DNA of 64,000 nucleotides from Brevinematales bacterium (GTDB lineage: Bacteria > Spirochaetota > Brevinematia > Brevinematales > JAOACQ01). A program made the position numbers and the translations under genes. Where the stretch lies: assembly GCA_037479045.1 (NCBI GenBank), contig JBBFLL010000005.1, positions 42,749 through 106,748 on the forward strand, given 5' to 3'. Below, piece after piece: positions 48,749-57,197 of this stretch. Under the pieces are notes generated by a model, which ran no database searches, was not told where the DNA came from, and saw only the letters and a list, made by a program, of their open reading frames with translations. Positions within the stretch are counted from its first letter, which is position 1. Every line of letters starts with the position of its first letter.

Positions 48749-49342
48749 ATGTTAAGAGTTTTATCAGTTATTTTAACGTTAACACTTTTGCTAAGCTGTG
48801 GTGCTGAATCGAAAAAAACAGTCGCAAAAGAAGAAGCTACTAAACCAGCAGTTGAAAGTATTTTGCTAAGTGATTTTGAAGATAGCTCAAAAGAATTAAT
48901 CACATATGCAGGACCACAAAGCAAAGTAACTGCTGTATATTCCACAGAAAAAGCAAAAAGTGGAAAACAATCTGCAAAGGTAACCCACCAAACTAAAGAT
49001 TGGGCTGGTGCACTTATAACTGTAGATGAAGGTAAGGGTGACTGGACTGGAATGAAAACCTTCAGAATGTGGGTTTACGGTTCAAATTCAAAAGCAAGTT
49101 TCAACATTGACCTTGAAGATGCAAAAAAGGAACAGTTCAGATACACAATTACAGACGACTTTGAAGGCTGGAAAGAATTTGTTATTCCCCTCTCTGAATT
49201 TAAATGGAGAACAGACTGGCAGGCTTCTGATGCTCTTCTCAACAAAAAATATGATTATCCTATGATGACAGTTCAATTCTGCACCGCAACACTCGGAAAT
49301 TTCACACTCTACTTTGACGACATAGTTATAGATAGCAAATAA
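48749..49342 (+). CDS. CBM-like lipoprotein, paralog A (I prefer the ATG at 48749; the track starts at GTG 48743)
   Basis: AAGGAGGAG Shine-Dalgarno and lipobox LLLSCG. The pattern DFED...KDW.G...DWTGMKTFRMWV.GSNSK...F.GWKE.VIPLS.F resembles CBM11/CIA30-type beta-sandwich modules. Confidence 0.75.
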   Translation: MLRVLSVILTLTLLLSCGAESKKTVAKEEATKPAVESILLSDFEDSSKELITYAGPQSKVTAVYSTEKAKSGKQSAKVTHQTKDWAGALITVDEGKGDWTGMKTFRMWVYGSNSKASFNIDLEDAKKEQFRYTITDDFEGWKEFVIPLSEFKWRTDWQASDALLNKKYDYPMMTVQFCTATLGNFTLYFDDIVIDSK

Positions 49343-49348
49343 AGTTAA

Positions 49349-49386
49349 AACAACCATACGACATTGGTCGTATGGTTGTTTCTTTT
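49349..49386 (+). terminator. Rho-independent terminator after paralog A
   Basis: Perfect 14-bp stem AACAACCATACGAC / GTCGTATGGTTGTT with loop ATTG, followed by TCTTTT. Confidence 0.8.
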
Positions 49387-49429
49387 AATAAACAACTTTT
49401 TTAATGTATTTAAAAAAACAAAAAAACCA

Positions 49430-49458
49430 TTGACAATTTTTAATAAAAAATATAAAAT
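49430..49458 (+). promoter_or_regulatory. Sigma-70-like promoter of lipoprotein paralog B
   Basis: TTGACA (49430-49435), a 17-nt spacer, then TAAAAT (49453-49458). It lies inside the 15-mer AAAAACCATTGACAA, which is identical to 23781-23795. Confidence 0.5.
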
Positions 49459-49487
49459 TAAACAAACGTGAAAAGGAGGTTATTTTT

Positions 49488-50084
49488 ATGTTAAAGAACA
49501 CGTGTTTAGTAATCTCAATTTTAGGGGTTCTTCTTTTAGTATCCTGCGGTGATGACAAAAAAACCGTTGCAAAAGCAGAGGTGAAACCAATTGCTGATCA
49601 AATTCTTATAACAGATTTTGAAGACCCAGCTTTGCAGATCAATATCTTTTCAGGTCCTCAGAGTAAAATTGACGCAAAAATTTCTTCTGAGCAGGTTAAA
49701 AATGGCAAATCAGCTGCCAGAGTAGAACATTCTACAAAAGACTGGAGTGGTGCAGTTGTTGTTCCTCCAGCTGAAAAAAGAGACTGGACTGGAATGAAAA
49801 CCTTCAGAATGTGGGTTTTTGGTTCAAATTCAAAAGCTCAATTAAACATTGATATACCAGATGCAAAGAAAGAATTCTTCAGATATTCATACGTAGATGA
49901 TTTTGAAGGATGGAAAGAACTTGTTATTCCTCTTTCAGACTTCAAATCAAGAACAGACTGGCAACCTTCTGATGCTTCTATTAACAAAAAGATGGACTTC
50001 CCAATTCAAGAACTTCAATTCTGCACATCAGGTTTTGGAAAAGGTGTTCATTACTTTGATGATATAATCATTGATAGTAAATAG
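49488..50084 (+). CDS. CBM-like lipoprotein, paralog B
   Basis: AAAGGAGG Shine-Dalgarno and lipobox LLVSCG. A gap-free hand alignment of the mature parts gives 98 identities in 160 positions against paralog A. Confidence 0.78.
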   Translation: MLKNTCLVISILGVLLLVSCGDDKKTVAKAEVKPIADQILITDFEDPALQINIFSGPQSKIDAKISSEQVKNGKSAARVEHSTKDWSGAVVVPPAEKRDWTGMKTFRMWVFGSNSKAQLNIDIPDAKKEFFRYSYVDDFEGWKELVIPLSDFKSRTDWQPSDASINKKMDFPIQELQFCTSGFGKGVHYFDDIIIDSK

Positions 50085-50090
50085 TAAATG

Positions 50091-50127
50091 AAAGAAAGGC
50101 TTGCTTTAAGCAAGCCTTTCTTTTTTT
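50091..50127. terminator. Bidirectional rho-independent terminator between convergent genes
   Basis: GAAAGGCTTGC-tttaa-GCAAGCCTTTC: an 11-bp stem followed by T7 and preceded by an A-rich run. Confidence 0.8.
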
Positions 50128-50129
50128 AT

Positions 50130-50570
50130 CTACAAAGACTTGAGTTCATTAAGTTTACTTTGAGCTTCATCTTTGATGGCTTTTGGAGCTGTAGGACTTG
50201 ACAGAATTTCATTAAGTCTTACTGTTGCATTCTCCCTTGCATCTTGCTTAAGTTCAGCAATATCTCTATCTGTCATACCAGATTGCTTTACTTTTTCTTT
50301 GTCATTATTAAGAAATTTAATGACAAGAATATATGCCTTTGCTGTATTTAACTTTGTTGCAGAATCTGAAGCTGTCTTTTCATTATCAAGAGCCTCTTTT
50401 AAAATTCTCATAACGGTATTAAAAGATGTATCTTCCTGCTCTACTTTTTTTGTTTCTACTTCTTTTTTCTCAACTGGTTTTTCTTCTGGTTTCACTTCAG
50501 CTTTTTTCTCTCCACAACTTAAAACAAGTGAAAAACCAAGAACAAAAATAAAAAATTTAACAAATCTCAT
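50130..50570 (-). CDS. Lipoprotein of unknown function with a K/E/P-rich linker
   Basis: Lipobox LVLSCG, then EKKAEVKPEEKPVEKKEVETKK, then a helical C-terminal part. Confidence 0.65.
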   Translation of the reverse strand: MRFVKFFIFVLGFSLVLSCGEKKAEVKPEEKPVEKKEVETKKVEQEDTSFNTVMRILKEALDNEKTASDSATKLNTAKAYILVIKFLNNDKEKVKQSGMTDRDIAELKQDARENATVRLNEILSSPTAPKAIKDEAQSKLNELKSL

Positions 50571-50582
50571 AAAAACCTCCTT

Positions 50583-50996
50583 TTATTCTTTAGTCCAATC
50601 AATATTTTTTATACCCTGCCAGGCCGCTTTTACGGTCTGTTCTCTATGCCTATTACTGTATAAGACTATCCTTAAAAAGGCTGGGAAGTTCGATGGCAAT
50701 CTTTCTTTATCAAGTATTTTTACCAGTTCCTCAGCAATAACATCATCATAAAAAGCCACCTGATCATTTTCCCTGAAGTTTGGATTGTCATAGTTATATG
50801 TAAGTAAATCAACAACCATAGCAATAACTCTCTTTCTATCAGGAAACTTCTGAAAAACCAGAATAGCCTTTTTTTTGTTTTCGTATTCTCCTATTTTTTT
50901 TAAAATTCTATAAGCATTGAGAAGATCATCTTCACTTGTGGCAAAAATACTCGAAAAAGTCAAAATAAGCCCTATAAAAAACAATTTTTTAAACAT
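50583..50996 (-). CDS. Secreted protein, short paralog of the next gene (HEAT-like C-terminal motif)
   Basis: Signal peptide. The C-terminus NRHREQTVKAAWQGIKNIDW parallels DRHRDETVKAAWEAMKKLKW of the 51001-51729 gene. Confidence 0.62.
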   Translation of the reverse strand: MFKKLFFIGLILTFSSIFATSEDDLLNAYRILKKIGEYENKKKAILVFQKFPDRKRVIAMVVDLLTYNYDNPNFRENDQVAFYDDVIAEELVKILDKERLPSNFPAFLRIVLYSNRHREQTVKAAWQGIKNIDWTKE

Positions 50997-51000
50997 CTTA

Positions 51001-51729
51001 CTACCACTTTAATTTCTTCATTGCTTCCCAGGCAGCCTTAACAGTTTCATCTCTGTGTCTATCAGGATTCATGACTGTTTGAAGTAAAACTGGAAAAGCT
51101 CTCGGATCCCCTATATCGCCCAAAGTCTCTATAATAGCCTGAGCAACCCTATCATCTTCAAATCTTCTTGTATCTTCTTCTTTAAATTTGGCTCTTGAGG
51201 CTCCATACTGGTTTCTGAGTAAATCAACAAGTTTTGGAACAATCCCTTTAACATCTCCAAGAAGTGGAAGAGCTTTAGCTGCCGCAATTCTTGGATGTAA
51301 AGATGTATCTCTTTCTATAATATTAACTAAAGTTTCTATATACTTATTATCTTTACTCTTCACAAGTTCATTTATTGCAAGCACCCTTGCATCAGGTGAA
51401 ACAATAATATTCTTTTGCTCAGTCTTAATATAACTTCTTACATCCCAGGTAATAATCTCTTCAAGGAAATCATACTTTTTTGAAGGAACATTCGTAATTT
51501 TCGTTATAAGCAAAACAATCTTAAACTGAACATCAAAGCTCGCCTTCTTACCTATTGAATCATTGAATTCCTTCTTTAAGAAAGGCAACACATTGTCAGG
51601 CAAAGCGAGATCCTTTGGTATAGCTTCAATCGGAACATTCGGACTCAAAAAAGACCCAAGCACGTTCTCCTGAGAAAAAATACTACCCATTAAAAATGTA
51701 AGAATAGTAATGAAAATAGCCCTTTTCAT
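51001..51729 (-). CDS. Secreted HEAT/PBS-lyase-like repeat protein
   Basis: Signal peptide. HEAT-like repeats (PRIAAAKALPLLGD, VAQAIIETLGDIGDPRAFPVLL). Confidence 0.65.
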   Translation of the reverse strand: MKRAIFITILTFLMGSIFSQENVLGSFLSPNVPIEAIPKDLALPDNVLPFLKKEFNDSIGKKASFDVQFKIVLLITKITNVPSKKYDFLEEIITWDVRSYIKTEQKNIIVSPDARVLAINELVKSKDNKYIETLVNIIERDTSLHPRIAAAKALPLLGDVKGIVPKLVDLLRNQYGASRAKFKEEDTRRFEDDRVAQAIIETLGDIGDPRAFPVLLQTVMNPDRHRDETVKAAWEAMKKLKW

Positions 51730-51860
51730 AAAACACTCCTTTAATTTAAATTTCCTGCCCTAATCTATCGGAAAAATTTATATAAATTCTTGAATAAATA
51801 TCTTAACTTTATTATATAACTATTAAAAAAAAAGTCAAATATAAAAAACTTTTTTTTAAT

Positions 51861-51889
51861 TTGACCAAATGGTCAATTTGTTTTATAAT
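51861..51889 (+). promoter_or_regulatory. Consensus-like sigma-70 promoter with an inverted repeat over the -35 box
   Basis: TTGACC (51861-51866), a 17-nt spacer, then TATAAT (51884-51889). TTGACCA-aa-TGGTCAA (51861-51876) is a 7+7 inverted repeat. Confidence 0.55.
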
Positions 51890-51907
51890 TTTATGGAGAG
51901 GTTTTCT

Positions 51908-52861
51908 ATGGATTTTATTCTTTTAATAATAGGTTTTGTTCTTCTGATTTACGGGGCAAATTTTTTGGTTGATGGTGGCGCGGCTCTTGCAAAAAAACTA
52001 AATGTGCCAACCATCGTAATAGGGCTTACAATTGTAGCCTTTGGAACATCAGCTCCTGAACTTGTTGTAAATATTTTTGCTTCAATAAAAAACAACTCCG
52101 ATATCGTTTTGGGTAATATTCTTGGAAGTAATATTTTCAATATACTTTCTATTCTTGGAGTTTCGTCCTTAATAAGGAATTTAAAAGTTTCAAAAACTAC
52201 CACTTTAATAGAAGTTCCCATAGTCATTTTATCAAGTATTATAATTTTCATAGTAGCAAATGATATTCTCATTGACAAAAGAGCATATTCTGAAATCTCA
52301 AGAAGTGATGGTCTTATAGTGCTTATATTCTTTATACTATTCCTTGCATATAATATATTCTTAGGAATAACAAGAGATTTTGAACTTGGAGAAGAAATAA
52401 AGGATCTTAAAATACAAAAATCCATTTTTTACATCATAATAGGGCTCACTTTCTTAATACTTGGAGGCAGATTCGTGGTTAATTCTTCGATAAATATAGC
52501 TAAATTTTTTGGAATTTCTGAAAGAGTCATAGCCCTTACAATAGTCGCTATTGGGACATCACTTCCAGAATTAATCACATCAATAATTGCTTCATTAAAG
52601 AAAGCCACAGACATTGCAATAGGGAACGTTTTAGGCTCAAATATATTTAACTCATTATTTATAATAGGTGTATCTTCAGTAATAACAAATGTATCTGTAA
52701 AACCTCTTAATCAGTATGATATTGTAGTTAATATTTTAGCCTCAATATTTATCTTCATTTTTTTATTTACGGGCAAACGACATGAACTAGAAAGGTGGGA
52801 AGGTGTTTTGTTTATAATTTTACAGATAATTTATTTTGCTTCTTTGTTTTTAATTTCATAA
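51908..52861 (+). CDS. CaCA-family Na+/Ca2+ (K+-dependent-type) antiporter, YrbG-like
   Basis: Two alpha-repeat motifs (GTSAPELVVNI..., GTSLPELITSI...; GNILGSNIFN and GNVLGSNIFN). The start is set at ATG 51908 with a GGAGAG Shine-Dalgarno, because the track start at 51869 lies inside the promoter. Confidence 0.9.
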   Translation: MDFILLIIGFVLLIYGANFLVDGGAALAKKLNVPTIVIGLTIVAFGTSAPELVVNIFASIKNNSDIVLGNILGSNIFNILSILGVSSLIRNLKVSKTTTLIEVPIVILSSIIIFIVANDILIDKRAYSEISRSDGLIVLIFFILFLAYNIFLGITRDFELGEEIKDLKIQKSIFYIIIGLTFLILGGRFVVNSSINIAKFFGISERVIALTIVAIGTSLPELITSIIASLKKATDIAIGNVLGSNIFNSLFIIGVSSVITNVSVKPLNQYDIVVNILASIFIFIFLFTGKRHELERWEGVLFIILQIIYFASLFLIS

Positions 52862-52884
52862 TATGTAATTTTTTAAATTCAACT

Positions 52885-52913
52885 TTGACTTTTATAATTT
52901 TTAGCTTTAAAAT
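52885..52913 (+). promoter_or_regulatory. Sigma-70-like promoter upstream of the O-antigen-ligase-like gene
   Basis: TTGACT (52885-52890), a 17-nt spacer, then TAAAAT (52908-52913). Confidence 0.45.
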
Positions 52914-52979
52914 ATATTATCTCCCATAGAGTTATATTTAACAACATTATGGGAAGTTAATAAACAATGGAAGATTTAA

Positions 52980-54209
52980 ATGCAAAATAACTCTATTACT
53001 ATAGAAAGTATAATTTTTCATTTTCTCTTAATCTCCTTTCTCTTTGCTTTAATTCCAGCTATTTTTATCGGTTTTCAAATAATGGCAGTTTTATTTTTTT
53101 TAATTTTCATAATACATAGTAAAAATGAAATTGATTTTGATAGGGTTGACTACTTACTTCTTCTTTTCTTTGGCTTAATTTTAATCAAAAGTTTTTTTGT
53201 AAAAGATTTTTTAACTTCTTTTATTTCTTCCTTATTAATTCCTTTTTATATAATTGTTTTCTTTTTCTATAAAAATTATCCTTTTAATCCAGCAAAATTA
53301 AAAAAAATTGTAAACTTTACTTCTTATGGTTTAATAATATTTAATACAATTATTCTCATACATTATTTAATAATAAAAAAAGATATTGTTTTAAACCTCT
53401 TTTCAAATAAATTAATACTCCAGCACTCAATGGGTGATAAAATTTTTTCGCCAGTTATTTCAATTTTATCTCATCCAACTGGTGGAGGCATTGTAATTGC
53501 AATTTTAATATCCATTATACTACTATGGTTATCAAAAAACTTTAAAAATACAACAAAAAAAGAAAAAATAATTTATTTCCTCTCCATCTTACTTGCTACA
53601 ACAACCTTATTTTTTACTTACTCAAGAAGTGGATATATAATTTTCTTTTTATCCATTCTGTTCATTATTATTAATGAAAAAAAATTTATCCTTTTAGTGC
53701 CATTTTTTTTACTTGCCATGATTTTTACAATCGTTAACCCAGGTCATAAAATAAGAAGCACAATTATCAATTTAAAAAACTCTTACAATGTAGGACCAAG
53801 ACTTGTTCAATATGAGATAGCCTTAAAACTATTCAAGGACTCACCAATAACAGGAATTGGTCTAATGCAATTTAAAGAAATCTACAAAAACTCATACAAT
53901 ACACCTGAGTACAATCACTATCCATCATACTATTTTGACACCGTAGATTACGTACATAATAATTATCTTGCACTACTCACTGAAACCGGTATCTTGGGTT
54001 TTTTATTATTTTACTTATTTATAATATTTAAGTTAAAAAATATACTGAAAAATAAAAAAGAAGATAATTCCTTAAAATCTGCTGGTTTATTTATAATACT
54101 ATGGTTTCTTTTAGACTCTCTATTTAATGCAAACCTTTATGTTGCTCCAATAGGAATATTTTTATGGATTTTTATTGGAATATCAGAAAATAAAAAATGG
54201 GTGTCTTAA
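52980..54209 (+). CDS. O-antigen ligase/polymerase-family (Wzy_C) polytopic membrane protein
   Basis: About 10 hydrophobic segments. Wzy_C-type motifs YSRSGYIIFF and HNNYLALLTETGILGF. Confidence 0.82.
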   Translation: MQNNSITIESIIFHFLLISFLFALIPAIFIGFQIMAVLFFLIFIIHSKNEIDFDRVDYLLLLFFGLILIKSFFVKDFLTSFISSLLIPFYIIVFFFYKNYPFNPAKLKKIVNFTSYGLIIFNTIILIHYLIIKKDIVLNLFSNKLILQHSMGDKIFSPVISILSHPTGGGIVIAILISIILLWLSKNFKNTTKKEKIIYFLSILLATTTLFFTYSRSGYIIFFLSILFIIINEKKFILLVPFFLLAMIFTIVNPGHKIRSTIINLKNSYNVGPRLVQYEIALKLFKDSPITGIGLMQFKEIYKNSYNTPEYNHYPSYYFDTVDYVHNNYLALLTETGILGFLLFYLFIIFKLKNILKNKKEDNSLKSAGLFIILWFLLDSLFNANLYVAPIGIFLWIFIGISENKKWVS

Positions 54210-54226
54210 AGACACCCATTTTTTTA
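54197..54226. terminator. Bidirectional rho-independent terminator; the stop codon of the plus-strand gene sits in the loop
   Basis: ATGGGTGTC-ttaaa-GACACCCAT: a 9-bp stem followed by T7 and preceded by A5. It lies between convergent genes. Confidence 0.75.
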
Positions 54227-56527
54227 TCTTAAAACCTTAAGCATAGCACCACTTGATATTCCAAAGACTCCTTCTTTATCCGCAACTACAGAAATAGATG
54301 ATTTCTTCTTCGTATCACTTGTCCACAAATTCTTCTTGCTCTCAATATCGTAGGCATAAATCTTTCCACTCTTTGCCCCAACAAATAAAGAATTACCTGA
54401 CAAATAAGGCTGTGTAATCTTTTCTCCAATCTGAATCCTTGAAACTATTCTGCCACTTCCAAGGTTAACTATAGTAATTACAGAAGATGTATCTCCACTC
54501 TTAGCAATTACAATATTTCCACCACTTACTATAGGATCTATATCTGTCTTCTGCATTTCAGAAAGGTTAGCTTCCCACTTTTTATTTCCATCGGCTGTCG
54601 AATAACCTTTGAGTATACCACTACCTCTTACAAATGTTACGACAGTACTATCATTCCCTACCAATGGATAAACAATTCTGTCTTCATAAGCCTTTGTCCA
54701 TTCTTCTTTTTTGCTTTCAAGGTTATAACATACAAGATTACCATTCTCAAGTGCATATATGATCTTCTTTCCTCCTTCAATTACAAGTGGAGAAGCAAAA
54801 ATCTGAGAAGGTAGTTTTATGTTTTCTAATATCTCACCACTCTGATTTAAGATATAGATACCATCTTTAAATGAACTTGCAAATATTTTGTCTCCATAAA
54901 TAATAGGATGCCCTCCGAATTTCTGCCCACCAACCTTTTCATTCTTCCAGAGTAGCTTTCCAGATAAGTCATAAGCATATAAACCATTATCTTCAGCACC
55001 AACAACAATCATATTAGCACCCGCTGCAACCTTGGTAAGCTGTATACCAGATTTAACAACAATTTTCTTTGTTAAAGTTCCATTTAAATCAAATATATAA
55101 ACATTATCAAGCGAAACTGTTATAATTTTACCCTTATAAAGAACTGGCTGATAATCAAATTCACTTACATTAAGAGCAATTGATTTTTCCCAGTCTATTG
55201 TTCCAGATACAATTTTTGGAGTTTCAATTTTAGCAATTGTCGAACTTTCTGAACTTGATGAAGAAGCTACTTCAACAAGCTTCTTGTTTAACGTTGCTTC
55301 TATGTTGAAGTCAGCAGAAACATCATATTCCTTTGAAAAAATTTCAAATCCTTCTTTTTCGATTCTTACATTTATTTTCTTGCCCTTTTCTATAAGCATT
55401 TCAAATGGAGTAACGCCAACCTCTTTTCCATCAATAAAAACTTTAGCTTTGTCAGGAACAGAAACAAAATTTACCCTTGAATTGTTATCTTTCTGATCAA
55501 GAATCTTATCTTCTGAAATAAGATTCAGTTTTTGTTCAGCTTCTTTACTTATGGTGCTTTTCTCTAAAATAATAGAACTCAAATCAGTAGCTTTTTCTTC
55601 CTTCTTTGCTACCTCACTAACTTTTTGCTCCACCTTAGTAGTAATAACTTCTGGCTTTAATTCTTCACTTCCTTTTGTAGTAGCAACTTCTTTAATGGCT
55701 TCTTTAATAACATTATCAACCTTTTCTAACTTTTCTTTCTTGAGTCCGACCTCTTCTCCTGCACCAACCTCTACAGGTTTAACAATACTTTCCTTCAATA
55801 CCTCAGCAGTTTTTTCGTCAATATGCCCTTCTTCTTTTGCTTTATCAATTGCTTTAACATTTGGAACGACCTTAACTACTCCCTCCGCTACAGAAACCTT
55901 AGTATCACCACTTTCATCAACAGAAACAAAAAACTTTGTTCCTCTCACAGCAGCAACTGCTGACTCAGTGTGAACTTCAAAAACCTCTCCCTTCTCAAGT
56001 TTCTTTGGCTTAAGTGCCATTCCACCTTTCTCAAGTTTAAACTTGGATTGAATTTTGTTATCACTATTAACAAGAGTTGCAAGCAAAACCTGAGATGAAG
56101 GCTCAATCCTGAAGATACCTCTTTTAACCATTTGAATTTCACAATAAGATTCCTTCTCAGTCTTAATGTTGTCTCCCATTTGCAAAATTTCTTCTACTTT
56201 TACCTTTTTCCAGTCAGAGCTACCAACTTTTTGAGCATAAACATCACCAACAACCGCAGATACAATCAAAGCCTCACCTTTCTCAATTTTGTCCTGCTTT
56301 ACAACAAGAGAATACTTAGAAACAAAAACAACCCCAAAAACAACTAAAATAGAAAATGCTAAAGCCCACACCAAAAGTTTAATACCACCTTTTTTTTCAG
56401 ACATATAACCCTCCTTCTTTTTCAAAACATAATTTTTCCAGACTTTCTCAAAATCTGGCGACGAGTCAACAAAAATATTCGCCTTCAAGAGAAACTCCAA
56501 CTCCTTCTCATTCATTATTCCCTCCAA
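54224..56527 (-). CDS. Membrane-anchored FecR-domain / PEGA / PQQ-like beta-propeller protein (putative anti-sigma factor or sensor)
   Basis: One TM segment (LLVWALAFSILVVFGVVFV). FecR pattern (W..V....L..GD.I.T...SYCEI..., TESAVAAVRGTKFFV). PEGA domain (KVFIDGKEVGVTPF...VRIEKEGF). BamB/PQQ-like repeats (GLYAYDLSGKLLW, GNLVCYNLESKKEEW, GKIYAYDIESKKNLW). Confidence 0.82.
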   Translation of the reverse strand: MEGIMNEKELEFLLKANIFVDSSPDFEKVWKNYVLKKKEGYMSEKKGGIKLLVWALAFSILVVFGVVFVSKYSLVVKQDKIEKGEALIVSAVVGDVYAQKVGSSDWKKVKVEEILQMGDNIKTEKESYCEIQMVKRGIFRIEPSSQVLLATLVNSDNKIQSKFKLEKGGMALKPKKLEKGEVFEVHTESAVAAVRGTKFFVSVDESGDTKVSVAEGVVKVVPNVKAIDKAKEEGHIDEKTAEVLKESIVKPVEVGAGEEVGLKKEKLEKVDNVIKEAIKEVATTKGSEELKPEVITTKVEQKVSEVAKKEEKATDLSSIILEKSTISKEAEQKLNLISEDKILDQKDNNSRVNFVSVPDKAKVFIDGKEVGVTPFEMLIEKGKKINVRIEKEGFEIFSKEYDVSADFNIEATLNKKLVEVASSSSSESSTIAKIETPKIVSGTIDWEKSIALNVSEFDYQPVLYKGKIITVSLDNVYIFDLNGTLTKKIVVKSGIQLTKVAAGANMIVVGAEDNGLYAYDLSGKLLWKNEKVGGQKFGGHPIIYGDKIFASSFKDGIYILNQSGEILENIKLPSQIFASPLVIEGGKKIIYALENGNLVCYNLESKKEEWTKAYEDRIVYPLVGNDSTVVTFVRGSGILKGYSTADGNKKWEANLSEMQKTDIDPIVSGGNIVIAKSGDTSSVITIVNLGSGRIVSRIQIGEKITQPYLSGNSLFVGAKSGKIYAYDIESKKNLWTSDTKKKSSISVVADKEGVFGISSGAMLKVLR

Positions 56528-56617
56528 AATTAAATATTTTTTTCATTTTTCATTCACAACTTGTTCCACTAAATTATATTACTATAAAATGAAATAAATT
56601 AAGAAATTTTAAAAAAA

Positions 56618-57187
56618 TTATTTTTTTAATTCTTTTAAGATGATTTGATATGCTTTTGAAAGTCGATTATGAAGCTGTCTTATTGAAATATTACTTTCTT
56701 TTGCAATATCTTCAAGACTCATATCAGAAAAATTTTTAAGTAAAACAACTTTTTTCAATTTCTCAGGCAATTTGTTAATAATAACTTCCAAACTATCTTT
56801 AATTGTAAAATTTTCTATATCACTTTTTTCTTCGGGAATATCAACTTCTTCATATTTTTCAATATTTATGAATTTATTCTTCTTTAAATACTTATATCTA
56901 TCCTTTATAGTATTAATAAGTATTCTTAAAAACCAGGGTTTGAATTGTCTACCTTTCTCAAAGGTTTTACATCTCATCATAAACTTTAAAAAAGACTCCT
57001 GAACTACATCTTCTGCATCCTGTTTATTTAAACCATAATATCTTGAAATATTATAACACTGAAGATAATATCTGTTGTACAATTCTTCATAATAAGTTTT
57101 TATAACCTGAGAATAACTATTTTCGTCTTTTTTGAGTTCACCGATTCGTTCTATAATTTCTTCATCACTTAAACTATTAACAGACAT
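56618..57187 (-). CDS. ECF-type sigma-70 family sigma factor
   Basis: Region 2 (DAEDVVQESFLKF...FKPWFLRILINTIKD) and region 4 (MSLEDIAKESNISIRQLHNRLSKA). Confidence 0.88.
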   Translation of the reverse strand: MSVNSLSDEEIIERIGELKKDENSYSQVIKTYYEELYNRYYLQCYNISRYYGLNKQDAEDVVQESFLKFMMRCKTFEKGRQFKPWFLRILINTIKDRYKYLKKNKFINIEKYEEVDIPEEKSDIENFTIKDSLEVIINKLPEKLKKVVLLKNFSDMSLEDIAKESNISIRQLHNRLSKAYQIILKELKK

Positions 57188-57197
57188 AAAAACTCCC

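Noticed and set aside
50173-50751. 192-aa plus-strand ORF spanning two minus-strand lipoprotein genes
   Set aside because: It is antisense to two well-supported genes, its composition is S/F/L-rich low complexity, and it has no RBS. The same reasoning applies to 1258-1674, 9750-10085, 26771-27145, 33952-34389, 51949-52425 and 55551-55973.
56528-56617. TGGAAC-N-TTGTG sequence upstream of the FecR-type gene as a sigma-54 promoter
   Set aside because: The GG-to-TTG spacing is off by about two positions relative to the TGGCAC-N5-TTGC consensus, and the GC dinucleotide at -12 is missing.
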